NCBI GenBank assembly: GCA_011109175.1
Contig: RDEW01000039.1
Coordinates: forward strand, 540,053-592,216
Reading direction: 5' to 3'
DNA length: 52,164 nucleotides
From: Dicyema japonicum
Taxonomy: Eukaryota; Animalia; Dicyemida
Of this stretch, positions 34,550 through 46,500 are shown piece by piece (position 1 is the stretch's first letter; the number at the start of each line of letters is the position of its first letter). A program made the translations under genes and the position numbers. The notes under the pieces are model-generated. The model saw only the letters and a program-made list of their open reading frames with translations. It did not search any database and was not told the DNA's origin.

Positions 34550-36500
34550 TCAGATTTCTCATTTTCTCCTCGTGCGTTTTCTTGGATCCAACGCAACTTC
34601 TCTGTGGCGGGGTGGTTTGAGAAATAGGATTGGAGAGGGGTGATGTATACCCTTCTCTTAAGGCACATCGTGGCTGTGTATTGTGGAGAGTTGCATTGTC
34701 TGCACTGGGTAGCAATCCCTTTCTATTTTGTCGGATAAGTTTTTCAAGTAATGAGGGTATTAGTTTTTCAAGTTTCCAGAGATTACTAATAGTAGTGGCT
34801 GTTATGGTCTGAATGTCGCGGATTCTTTGTTTGTTTGTTCAGGACAGATTGATTCCCCATGACGTACAGGCATAGCTGACAGATGGCTCGATGAATTGTT
34901 TGTACAACAATTTCAAAGCTAGGAAAGGGGTTTTAATGCCACCGAAAATAGTTTTGATTATCCCTAGCTTTCTTGAGCAGCTTCCAGAGATGCCGTCGAC
35001 GTGAGATGAAAAGGACATGTGTGTGTCGAAGGTGGTCTCTCAAGATTTTCAGTTTCTTCGTGAAAGGTATTTTTGTCTTGATAAATATATCCACTGTCAT
35101 TTGTACAACTCGTTTGTCTGAGGAAAATAAAGACGAAGAAGTTTTTCAGTAGATATATCAAGCTGGTTATAATTTAGCCAAATTTGAATCTTGTGAAAGT
35201 ATTCTTGTAGTCTTTCTGATGCCTTTTAAGAGATCTTGATCGCGAAGTTCGATTAATAGGTCATCAGCGTATGATAGGAAGAAATCGTCTATATTATCGG
35301 GTTGTGGTAAATCGGACATGTATAAGTTAAATAAGGCGGGTGAAAAAGGGGAACCTTGTGGGACACCATTGGGTAGTAATCCTGAAACTGATTTGGTCCC
35401 ATCCATGTATACTTGGGCCCTTTACCCAACTGAGGAAGTTAGCAAGCCAAAGTTTTATATTGGGGTTGACGGAGAGGCCAAACAATTTCCGGGTTAGGAT
35501 TTTCCTTGAGACAGACTCGAAGGCCTTTTGTAAATCGATCGAGCAACGACTGTTTTGAGGCGGCGAATTTGTGTTAAAGCCTTCTAGGATAGATTGGTTG
35601 AGGGAAGTTAGGTAGGTAGAAGTTGAATACCCCTTCTGAATCCATGTTGTGAAGGTGAAAAAGGATGGGACGGGGTTATAAACTTAAGAATCAATTTTTC
35701 CAATAATTTTGATAAGGTGCATAGTAAAGAGATTGGTCGAAATGATGCAGGATTGCCCTTAGGCTTCCCAGGCTTAAGGATTGGGCGTATATAGGACAGT
35801 TTCCAGATAGTTGGAATTGTATTTATGTATATTGAATAGTTAAAAATCACTGTGTTTGCATCAATCGCAATAAGTCCAAAATGTTTTAGTAAATACCAGA
35901 TAGAATCAGGCCTCAGATGAGGGAAGAATTCATCCTCTTCAAACCCTCACTGACAACTGAATGTGAAATAAAGTTATTGGTGGTTCTCTTCGGTCTCATA
36001 GAGGATAAAGAAGACCCATCCATGAGGATAAAAAAAGTTTTGTAGGGCTTATACTGGCGTAAATTTCAAAGTTAGACTCTGCTGATTGCCTGCTGTCTTT
36101 AAAAATCCTTTTGGACCAAATTATTTAATTTCTCTCCATGTCTCATCTGAAAACTAAGTATCCAGAAAGATGGGAGTTCATGGGTGTAGTTTTCGTCAAT
36201 TAAAAAAGAGCTACATCTATTGAATGTCTAAAGAGAGCATTGTAATCGGTAATTTTCGTCTGAATTTCATCAATGTAAACTTCCATTATAATGATGCTGA
36301 TCTCGGATTTTCCTTGACGTCTCAATATGAAAGCAAAATACGGCAACACCCTCGATACATGATTGCGGGATAGCGAACTTTCGACTCTTTTTCACCATTT
36401 CAAGTGGACAATAAACTAATTAATTGAGTCAAAAGACATTTTTAGTCAACTTTGATGGAGCTCAAATTTAATGTTTCCTTTGATTTTGCATTCTAGAGTG
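34550..36500 (-). mobile_element. Decayed I/Jockey-like LINE (linker, RT and thumb)
   Basis: IPTIWKLSYIRPILKPGKPKGNPASFRPISLLCTLSKLLEKLIL, QHGFRRG, DLQKAFESV, GVPQGSPFSPALFNLYMSDLP, SYADD, YKQFIEPSVSYA. Confidence 0.88.
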
Positions 36501-36653
36501 ACAAATAAAAAACCTAATTAAATAAAACAGACTATATTAATTCATTTTAGTTAATTTTTAAAAATGAATAAAAAATAAATAGATTATATTATTTAAACAA
36601 AATTATTGATTTTTTCATTATTTTAGGTTAATTAGTATTCATAATTCATATTA

Positions 36654-38349
36654 ATGTTGAAAATGTATTTCAAATATAATTTCAGTTTAATTTGCGGGGA
36701 AGTTGACGGTGAATTCGAACGTTTATTTGAGAGAATCAACAAAATCAATGCCAAGTCTAATTATGATGTATTACAATTAATTATCATAGCTTCTCGTTTG
36801 TGTAGGCAACTTTTTTAGTGATTGCGAATCGCTAAATACTTTTGACACCAGTTTAGGTTTTATTATAACTAAATTCAGTTAATATTGATACGTATATTTT
36901 CTGTCCAGAGGAACCACCGATTCGTCTTAATTCACCCAAAATCAAATACATTCAAAAATCACAAGTTTTTGAACTTCCTAATGGAGTGGTCCTCGCTTAC
37001 AAAGAAGGAACGACAAATTTTCCTCAAAAAGATATTGATATTCTCATCACACCAAAATGGCCTTGTGGTGTGCTTAACTATCTCGAGGATACTGATGAAG
37101 TTAGGGTAATCAATTTAAAAATCTAAGCACAATAATATAAAATATTTCGTAAAATATGGATGTCATGATGCCGCCAAAGCTGCCCATATGTTGAAGCCCA
37201 GATATCATTTCTCAGTGGGTGAGAGATGTTCATATGAAAGGCCGCCTTTTAGGTTAAATATTATTTCATTCTTTTAGAATTGTCAATTCAATGGGAACTG
37301 AATTACTATCTCATTTTATATCATTGATCGATGTTGGAAATTTCGAATTTAAAGTTTCCTTTGATTTTAACCGTTCAGTGGTTATACGCCTTATCGATTA
37401 AACCGGTCAACCTCTCTAGTCCAGATGAACTATTTCCCGCTGTCGATTATACTGAGAATCCTTATATTGAACAGTTTAAAAATGACCCAACTGATGACAA
37501 AAAGTCAACAATGAGTCACATAACAATCCGCACTTTTTTTCGAAACAACTTGGCATATTCGAAGAATCATCCCAAAGTGCATCTGTGTGTCAATTTAGGT
37601 ACCGAGATCGAATGTATGTTTTGTCCTAGGTCTTCAAACATGGAAAAACATCTCATCATAGACGTATTTGATCGCGTATTTTCAATTATTAACTACTAGT
37701 GCTACCTGTTATTAGCTAAAGGCGGAATTGATCTGTACCACGTTGTAATACTACCAATTGACCACATACAATCATTCGTTTGTTTGGACTCTGAGACAAA
37801 AGATGATTTCAATAGGTTCTTAGATTTCTGATTGTAGGTTTAAATATCTGATCGTCAGTTTTATGCTCAATTTGAACGAGTTCCGTTTATTTTTGAATGT
37901 AATTTCCACAATCATCACCTCCAATTGCAAGTTTTGCCGTCTTGATTTAGGTTGTCGGGATTCCAGTCAACTTGGTTGATTTTATTGTCGAGACTTTGCA
38001 TTATTATGCTCATAATCTTCGTTTGGTGGTATCCGAGTTGTCTTCCCAAGATGACCTCCTTGACGTTTGGATGATTTCATAAAATTTAGGTTGCCGGTTC
38101 TAATCAGCCGTATTTTTATGCGGAGATTGGCACCGTAGGAAGGTACTTTATTTCATTGAACAATGTTAATAGCTTTCCTAGTAATTTTGGAAGGTACTCT
38201 CTTATGGTTTTTGTAGGGAAATTGTATGTGATGTACTTAGATGTGTTAATCGGATAAATTGGAGAGTCTGTATTCTTGAGGAGGCTGATGAAAAGGCTAA
38301 TGTTGAGGAATTTAGAAATGCGCTCAGACATTTTAATCTTATTAAATAA
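36654..38349 (+). CDS. CWF19L1: CWF19-like protein 1 (Drn1), copy 2, about 470 aa; 11-12 micro-introns; 1-2 apparent frameshifts
   Basis: MLKILICGEVDGEFERLFERINKINAKSNYDLLVCVGNFF...DIDILITPKWPCGV...LKPRYHFSVGERCSYERPPFR...WLYALSIKP...TENPY...CMFC...CYLLLAKGG...HVVILPIDHIQS...HHLQLQVVGIP...FPSNFGREIV...RINWRVC: metallophosphoesterase-like N-terminus plus CwfJ C-terminal domains. Confidence 0.93.
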
Positions 38350-38769
38350 ATTAATTTCTCTTATATCGTTTATAAGTAAATGAATGACACGTGTTCAAGA
38401 ATAATTAATATTCATTTGTTTTTACATAAGGAAAATGGTATTTATTAAAGTTCTTTTGATTCTCTGAATTCAAATTATATCTCTTACGTATTTTATTTCA
38501 AAACCTCACTATTCGATGTTTTATGAGTCCTTCAATGTTAAGGATTCAGCATGATTAAAAATAATACGAGTGAAAGCATACGGCTCTTGTAGTAACAGTA
38601 ATTGGAAGACAAAATTAGATTAAATATATCAAGATTTAGCTAAAGTGAATTAAAACTGCTTTCTAACAAACTTTCTCTACCCCCATCTCTGTAATTACAC
38701 CGGACTGGATGATTTTGTTTGCCGAAAATCTTTCGAAAGGTTGCTGGAGTCTTCAAATCAACACTAGTG

Positions 38770-40072
38770 CTTTCCTAGTTAAAATTCTTTAACGTTATTT
38801 GAAAATTAAAATAATAATTCTTCTAAATATAAATAATAAAATTATTTTGAAGTTGCAAAAAAAACGGTCGATCAGGAATTTTTGTGGCTTTGAGTTTTGT
38901 ACTAACCAACCAGTGTTTAATCAATTTTTTATTTAATTTTAAATTATATTAACCTTATCTAAATATCGGATTTATTAGTAAAATCTGTAATTTAAAATGA
39001 CAAAAGTTTCGAATTCTATTACATTGATTATCTTTTTAATTCCATTTCTGAATCGATTTTAATGGGTCAGATTTCCGCGCATTCGGGTGATCTTAGCGAA
39101 CGTCGCTAGCCATTCGGATTTCTCCAGTTAATTAATTATACGTAATTATTGTTATATAATCACTAATAATAATAATAGCATTTTCACGAGAGCCATAATA
39201 TCTATAGCTCCGCATAGGCAGGACACACACTTTATTTAAGTAAAGAACAGTTAATTTTAACTAATCGTAGAACCAAGATCTTCACTTCTTTTTTTCTTTT
39301 TCTTGTGTGTGAGTCCTTTCTAGACAATCCAATTCCGCAGTGAGTATCCACTGATGACGGCGTCACTCGTCAAACCCTTTTGGCATCGTAGATTCGTGAA
39401 ACCTTCCACCAGGTGAACAGCAGCGATAATCGAACCCGTAACATAAGTTACTTTAGCCCGACACCTAACCACTACGCCACCCGGCTAATCACTAATAATT
39501 TGTTTATTCCCATATTATTAAAACAAATAACTAACAACTAACTAAATGTTTTTTTAATCGATGGTATCTGCCCTCAGCATTGAAAACGCATTTCCGTTCA
39601 TAGATTAACTAGTATATTTTAACATTTCTTATTGAAATTACTAAGAACCAGTTTTCAAAATATTTGTTAGTAATTTAAATATAGAGTAAGAGACTAGATT
39701 TTAATATTTTAGTCTCCCACGTTCTTTAAACTACTGAATTATTCTGTCATATATTAGAGCAATGTATAAGTTAGTGAATCATTGTGTGTCCTTTTGTCTG
39801 CAATCAATTTTTAAGCATAAGGAAATTTTTATAGATGATTCCAAATAAAGTAAAGTGAGAACTTGATATAAAAGTAAGTTTGGGTACCTCCAAGACATGA
39901 TAGTTCACACGTGGATGTGTCCTTGAGTTAGAAGAGATCTAAATTTTGGAATTTATATTGATGTTAAAATAAAAATTTGGGATCAAAGTCACTAGGTTAA
40001 GGACAAAGTCAGCCGTGTCCGATTAGAAGAGTTTAGCTGAATCTGAGCGAATGGAACTTTGTTGCTAGTAAG
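38770..40072. repeat. Unclassified dispersed repeat, copy 2 (inverted relative to 11879-13510)
   Basis: See copy 1. It carries the SINE, lacks the RTE insert and lacks about 12170-12600 of copy 1. Confidence 0.85.
39171..39485 (-). mobile_element. tRNA-derived SINE, copy 2 (apparently full length)
   Basis: Head GCCGGGTGGCGTAGTGG (A-box) and GGTTCGATT (B-box); (TTA)n tail; 14-nt TSD TAATCACTAATAAT (39157-39170, 39486-39499). Empty site at about 12860-12880. Confidence 0.92.
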
Positions 40073-40129
40073 TGAATACTGGATCACTAATACATTTTAG
40101 CTTTCGATAACAATAACTTAAATTCTTTC

Positions 40130-40640
40130 TCTATTGACGCAGACTATGAGGGAAATATTATTCAGTTAAGCTGAATGTCTAAACGTCTTTAACAATGTCA
40201 GATGAGATCGCCTACTTAAAGCTTCCTCTCCCCGGGTATCTAAGATCTGGAACTGGGTGCCCTGGTGTATGGTTTGGACAAAATTCTTGTCTTTGAATAC
40301 AATAATGACCTTTCTCAGACCGGCGTTCAGCAAGAGGATCTACTTGGACCACTCCTTTTAGCTCTTATTGTCGATGATGTTGCACGAAATGTGAGTTTCC
40401 AATTCAACACATGGTATCTAGATGGCGCTACAATCAGAGATCTTCATGACTCATTTAAAGAACCTCTATATCATTGTCTTTGATGGGTTTGATTTGGCGT
40501 AACTACATCGAAGACTTAAATTATCAACATCTTTCTGTCCGATCCAATTCAATGTATTTGTGCTTTCGGCGCTTATTTTGCTTCAAAACCTCACTTATTC
40601 AATGGTCCTGAGACCATCTTTTATTCCATGTCGCAAGAGC
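40130..40640 (+). mobile_element. CRE reverse transcriptase fragment
   Basis: SQTGVQQEDLLGPLLLAL...NTWYLDGATI, matching CRE-type GVQQGDPLGP and WYLDD motifs. Confidence 0.75.
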
Positions 40641-41779
40641 GATACCATTAAGAGATGAAGTCATTCTGTTCTATATTTTAACAGTAATTAGCTGTATTTA
40701 AAATATTGTAGCAACTAGATGTTTGCTGTTCACTTATTTTTCGCTATATCCGGGGTTTTTACTTATTTTTTTAAATGAACGATTTATCCGGGGATAATCA
40801 ATTAAATTAAAAAATCTGATGATTCATACACTACATAAAAATCAATAATTTTCCTGAATCTTTCAAAATCTCGAATCCTCCAGTTATTTAAAGTCATAAA
40901 AATAGCGGATTCTAGAAGATTTAGTAAACATAGTATTTAATGTAATGTCCAATTCTAAGACGTTATTAAGAAAGACCTCATACGAAGCGTCAAGGCCACA
41001 ATGTAGAACTCGGATTAAATATCGTCCAGTCTACCTCGTAATATGTCGCGCGCACAACGCACAACCATGCACAACCCGCAACAAATCATGTGTCAATTAA
41101 TGTCATATGTCAAAATCACACCATGTCATTCGATAGTAGATTAGATAATATAATAGCACTTTCGCGAAAATATTCGTAAATTTAAGGATGCCAGCATACA
41201 GAAGTTATATAAAATGTTATGAGGAATTTGAAATAATCGAGCGCATTATTAAAAAACCAAGTATTTCCAAGTACCAACAGGTATAATAAATTTCGTCTTC
41301 TACAAAAAGCAAGAAATTTCATGATGATCAACGACAAAATGTATCTCAGAATAGAAATCACAAGCTTGTCATTTGGATTGATAATGAGATAAATGTTTTA
41401 ACCTAAGCACTCCATAACAGGCTCATATTGGAATGAATAAAATGGTGGATCTCTGCAATAAACACTACTTCCACATTAAAAGAAGTGTTATCCGCAGAGT
41501 AATTAATTCCTGTGAAAGCTGTAAGTTTTCTACTCCTTTAAAAGTTTGTTTTTTAGTAATATTTTAATAAATAAGTAAGAACATCATACCAATGCGTTAA
41601 AACCAAATGAAAGACATTTATTAAAAATTTCGGATTAATTTATTTCGTTTTTATCATACATTCAGATGAATTTACATTTAAATTTAAAGTACCAAATTGT
41701 TAGAAAAAAGTAATATTTGTGAAATAAAAATACATCAAATATGACTCTCAGAATTATTCCATATTTGTGAAATAAAAAT

Positions 41780-43006
41780 GAACCCTTATTTGGGAATTTA
41801 TACACTTTCAGAAATTCTAAAAAACCGTGAATGTTGGAAAACTGAAACTACGATTAACAAGTCAAGACAGCCAAGTGGTAAACATCATCAACTTTATAAT
41901 TCACTTGTTGAATAGATGAAATTAATGGTTTCATTATTGAAGATATTATCATTTAATAAGCTAAAGTATTTGGTGAAAAGCTTGGAATCAATGATTTTGA
42001 AGTTAGTAAAGGCTACACAGATTTAAAGGAAGATTTTATCTTAAACTAAAAGTTTTTCATGGTTGAGCTAACAGCTTAACACAAGATGAAATTAATTAAA
42101 TAGACAAATATGATTATTTAAAAGAAGTGACCACGTATTGGTAAAAATGGATAAACTAGACTTTTTTCAATCTTACACTTTTAAAACAATTTCATCTAAG
42201 ATAAAAATGGCATAAAGCAATCAAAAGTGAGGATTACTATAGCTCTTTGTGCTAATGAAACTGGAACAATAAAAATTAATCTTTTTATTGGCCATAATAA
42301 AAGACAAGATTTTTAAATGATTTTGACTTTGAAAATTATTGTACTATGTAAATAAAAGGGTTTGAATGACAACATAATTTTTTATTGTTTTCATCAGTCA
42401 TCATAGTGATGAATTAAAATGTTACAGAAAAAAGTTCTTTTTACTGATTGATAATGTTCCATCTTTTAACGAAATTTTTTGAAAATTGAAATTCTATTCT
42501 TCCAAAACCACAACTGCACATCTTCAACCATGGATGCAGGAATAATTAAAAACTTTAAGCATTATTATAGAAAAGGTTTATTTTAGATTATATACCTTGA
42601 TTCGGAAAAATTTTTTGTGAATTTACGGAAAGCCATCATTATGGTATCTCACACACAAGTAAAAGAAGACAATAAAAATTGTTTTAAAAAGACTGAGGAA
42701 GTTAAATGTCTTGATTAATTTGCTAATGAAGATATAATGCAAGATCCTGTTTTGAATGAGTATCGAAAGAACTGAAATTGCTAATGAACAAGAAATAACT
42801 CAAACAGAAATGCTCACGAGAACGAAAACGTCATTCTTTGTGAAGATTATAATGTCGACGAGGAAATTATTGATGCTAAAATGAAGAGATTATTATTATA
42901 TGTGAAAACATAAATATTAACTACAATTAAATTAATATATTTATTCCCTTCACAATCCGAAAGGCATCCAAATTTTTTTAGTTCGGATTAATGAGGGTTT
43001 ACTGTA
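41780..43006 (+). mobile_element. Decayed pogo/Tigger-like transposon (DDE_1)
   Basis: KKVLLLIDNVPS...MDAGIIKNFKHYYRK; right TIR ...GGATTAATGAGGGTTTACTG followed by TA. Left TIR not found. Confidence 0.75.
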
Positions 43007-43094
43007 TTTAATTTAGGTTTCAATAGAAGTAAAAAGCATATTCTATGAATATGAATTTAATATTACATTTACTAATGAATTTCATTTACTAATG

Positions 43095-45540
43095 ACGATC
43101 TGGACGCGATGAGACATGGAACAACTACCGACTGATTCTCTTCCCAACTGAATGCAAGCACTATGGCATGGGATTTGCCTTACACATGGATTACCTCGAA
43201 AAACTACATCGCTATCGGAGAGGCAACGACAGAATATGTGTCCTACAAGTCAAACTAAATGATCTATGCCCGTCCAAGAGTATATTAACTGTCATAAATG
43301 TCTATGCACCACATTGTAGACGAGTAATCAAGAAATCCATTGAGCTCGATGAACTCTACTCGGAACTAAAAAGCACATACTCTGATAATAATGCTTCCTC
43401 GTTTCTTGTCTTTGTTGCTGGAGATATGAATGCAAAGGCCGGAATGCGAATGGGGCCCGAAAAATCCTCTATTGGAAGACACGGGGACGGAAGGAGAAAT
43501 GCATCTGGAGCCTCTCTGGTGAACTTCTGCGGGGCAAATACCCTATTTCTGTACAACACGGACTTCACGCACTAAGCTTGCCACAAGACGACATGGCACG
43601 GATAAAGAAAAAACTTTGTCGAGAAGACCGTGAATATATAATCAAATCGACTACATTATCTGCCGAAAGTCTGATAAACACCTGCTAAATGATGCACGTT
43701 CTTACCAGGAGACAACAACTGATAGCGACCACAGGATAGTCATTGCAAAACTTTCTTTAAAAAAATACCTGACTGGGAAAAATACATTGAAAACGCGAAG
43801 AAGGCAAGACAAAGGCCCAATATATACTTTCAGACAGAAAAACTGTGGTTAGAGCCCACTGTAGAGGTAAATATCACGAACAAATCGAGACTCTTATGGA
43901 GAAAACCGCACCGGAATTGTCAGTACGAACTCTGTGGTATCAAACAAAGCAGGTAGTCTCCAAGTCAGCCAATATATGCCTTGGAGTCCGAAATCATTAC
44001 GCCCTAAAATTGGATCACCACCCAAACGTGCCAGATATGGCAAAGCATTGCAGAGAGCTAAGGCTAAAAAACGGCAAACACGTCAGACAAGAGTATAAAA
44101 AAGAGCTTAAAATCCAACAAAGGGAACTAAAATAGAAAATCAAAAATATGAACAGAAAACACTCACGGGAAATTATTACATCCCTATTAAAAGATTTGGA
44201 ATATTTAAAGGACAATTCAAGGATGTTTGCGGCTGCTGCAGACAAAAAAAACAAAACGCCCTTCACATCAAAGAAAAAAGATAGAAAATTCGTGGGTACC
44301 CGAAGAAGAGTTCTGGGTCGGACAACATAACCCCTGAGCTCCTAAAATATGGGAAAAAAAAACATAGCGACACAATTGCAAAAACCCTAAATGACATCTT
44401 TGAAACTAATACCGATCTAGGACTTGGAAATGGATTATTAATACCCATACAAAACCGAACAAATCAAAAGGACCAGTAGAAAATCTCCGCCCGATAATAT
44501 TTCTGAATTCGATGCTGGCAAACATTGCACTAAGTCGGATGAAAGGTGTGGCGGATCTAGGTATAGACCTATCAGCAAGTCAAAGTGGGTTCCGTGAAGG
44601 GAGGTCTACGGCAGACATTGTATGGATCCATAGATGGCGCTGCGCAACGCACCAAAGATTCAAGAGCGCAACGACCGTGTTGGGAATAGATTTCTCCAGA
44701 GCTTTTGACTCAATAAACAGACAGAAACTGATGAATGTGCTTGAGCAAAAATTGGATGAATCGTCGGTTAGGATAATCAGACTACTACTTGCGAATACAA
44801 GACTATCTCTGATGACAGATGGAGCAACTTCCCGCAGTTTCAAAACAACGATTGGGACACCCCAGGGTGATTCCTTCTCCCCTTTACTATTCACCATATA
44901 CCTTGAATCTGCACTCCGCGACCTTCGTAAATGCTATATAGGAGACATAGAAGAGAAATCTTATGCGGATGATGTGGATTTCGTATCACGAGACGCGACC
45001 GCACTCCAACACCTACCAGAAAATGCACCTGCGGCGCTTGAGAAATGGTTTCTCAGCGTAAATGTAAACAAAACTAAAATTACGGAACTCAAAAGAGATG
45101 ACGATATTACTCATGAAAGATTGATGTGTGCGGTAATCAAGATTAACTGGCCTATAAAGATCTCTAATGCAAACCTTTATAATAAATACAAATCCGTCGT
45201 ACTGTCAGATGATATTTTCAAATCAAGATGGAGCCTCTTTGGCCACGTGTTGTGCTTAAATGACCAGTTCCCCGAAAATGTCGCAATGGATAACTACTTC
45301 GCACACACAGGAGCCGGATTTCGCGGAAGGCCAAGAACTACACTTCCGACTATCTTGAACGAAGACCTATCGGCGGTTGGTATGAGACTAACTTCGGCGG
45401 ACAATCTGGACTACCTAAGAGAACTACTGCACAACAAGAAGATCATGGTCGAGGTTGACGGAGAGGATGATTAGGAATACGGCACAAGGGAAACTTAACT
45501 AATTTGTTTTCTCGGAGTGCTTTTAATAATAATAATAATA
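43095..45540 (+). mobile_element. RTE-clade LINE (APE plus RT), frameshifted, with a deletion in the thumb region
   Basis: INVYAPH, AGDMNAK, QIDYII, SDH; GFREGRSTAD, GTPQGDSFSPLLF, YADD, RWSLFGHVL, GRPRTTLP; (TAA)n tail at 45525-45540. Confidence 0.93.
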
Positions 45541-46500
45541 TCAACTGGTGGAAAAAAATTATTCCAATGCACATGTTCAAAAAAATATAATTAATTTTGA
45601 TGTAAAAAATTGTCTCTAAATTATCTTATTTCAGTAATTAATCGTGATATTGTTTGTCATGATTTCGACATATGACATGATTACACATGCGCGTTGTGCA
45701 TGGTTGCTCACAATGCGCGCGACATATTAATTTAAAACTGTATTATTGATTTCGAAAACCATTTTTTAATAAATTGAGTTATTTTTTAAACGTTATAATC
45801 GAAGGAGACATCTGAAACCATAAGTTCTGAGTAAAAAAGTGCGGATGCACATAGAATCTTTGTTCGAATATCTTCGAACGACCTGGAAGTATAAAATCAT
45901 ATTAAAGTGAATAAAATTAAATAAAATCAAGAAGACACTAGAGAGAATGCGTGTAGAACATAACTATCGGCCAATCAGGATAGGAGTCATGAGAAACTGA
46001 TTAGACATTGGACTGAGTATCCGGAAAAGGCGGGAATTGGCTGTTGTGGGTTTAGTTTTGTCTCATGAAAAAGAGCTAAATAGAAAGCATTGTAATTTGG
46101 TAATTTTTGTCTGAATTTCATTGATGTCAACTTCTATTATGATTAAGGATGATCCGTGATTTTCTTCGACGTCTCCATATGAAACCAAAATACGGCACCA
46201 CCCTCGACCCATGATTCCGGAATAAGGAACTTTCGACTCTTTTTCACCATTTCAAGTGGACAATGCAACCACATAGTTGAGTCACAAGACTTTTTTAGAC
46301 AACTTTGATGGAATCTTAAATTTAATGTTTCCTTTGATTTTGCATTCTAGAGGTGACCAATACAAAAGACCTATTTAAATGAAACAGACTATATTAATTC
46401 ATTTTAGTTAATGTTTCAAAAATAAAATTAATTATATTATTTAAACAAAATTATTCACTTTTTCATTATTTTGGGTTAATTATATACATAATTCATACTA

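Larger units (their letters stand above)
41044..45724 (+). mobile_element. Ginger2/IS481EU-like element shell hosting pogo and RTE insertions
   Basis: Inverted ends TGTCGCGCGCA...CAACCATGCACAAC at 41044 and 45724. Integrase N-terminal zinc-binding remnant HIGMNKMVDLCNKHYFHIKRSVIRRVINSCESC at about 41420-41530. Confidence 0.75.

Noticed and set aside
38116-38331. Minus-strand 71-aa ORF and similar repeated ORFs (30245, 36885, 46732, 46844, 47710)
   Set aside because: These are antisense or off-frame shadows of CWF19L1 exons.
39340-39400. CTGATGA followed by a hairpin, resembling a hammerhead ribozyme core
   Set aside because: The required GAAA is replaced by TCAAA, no convincing stems I/III are present, and it is antisense to the SINE.
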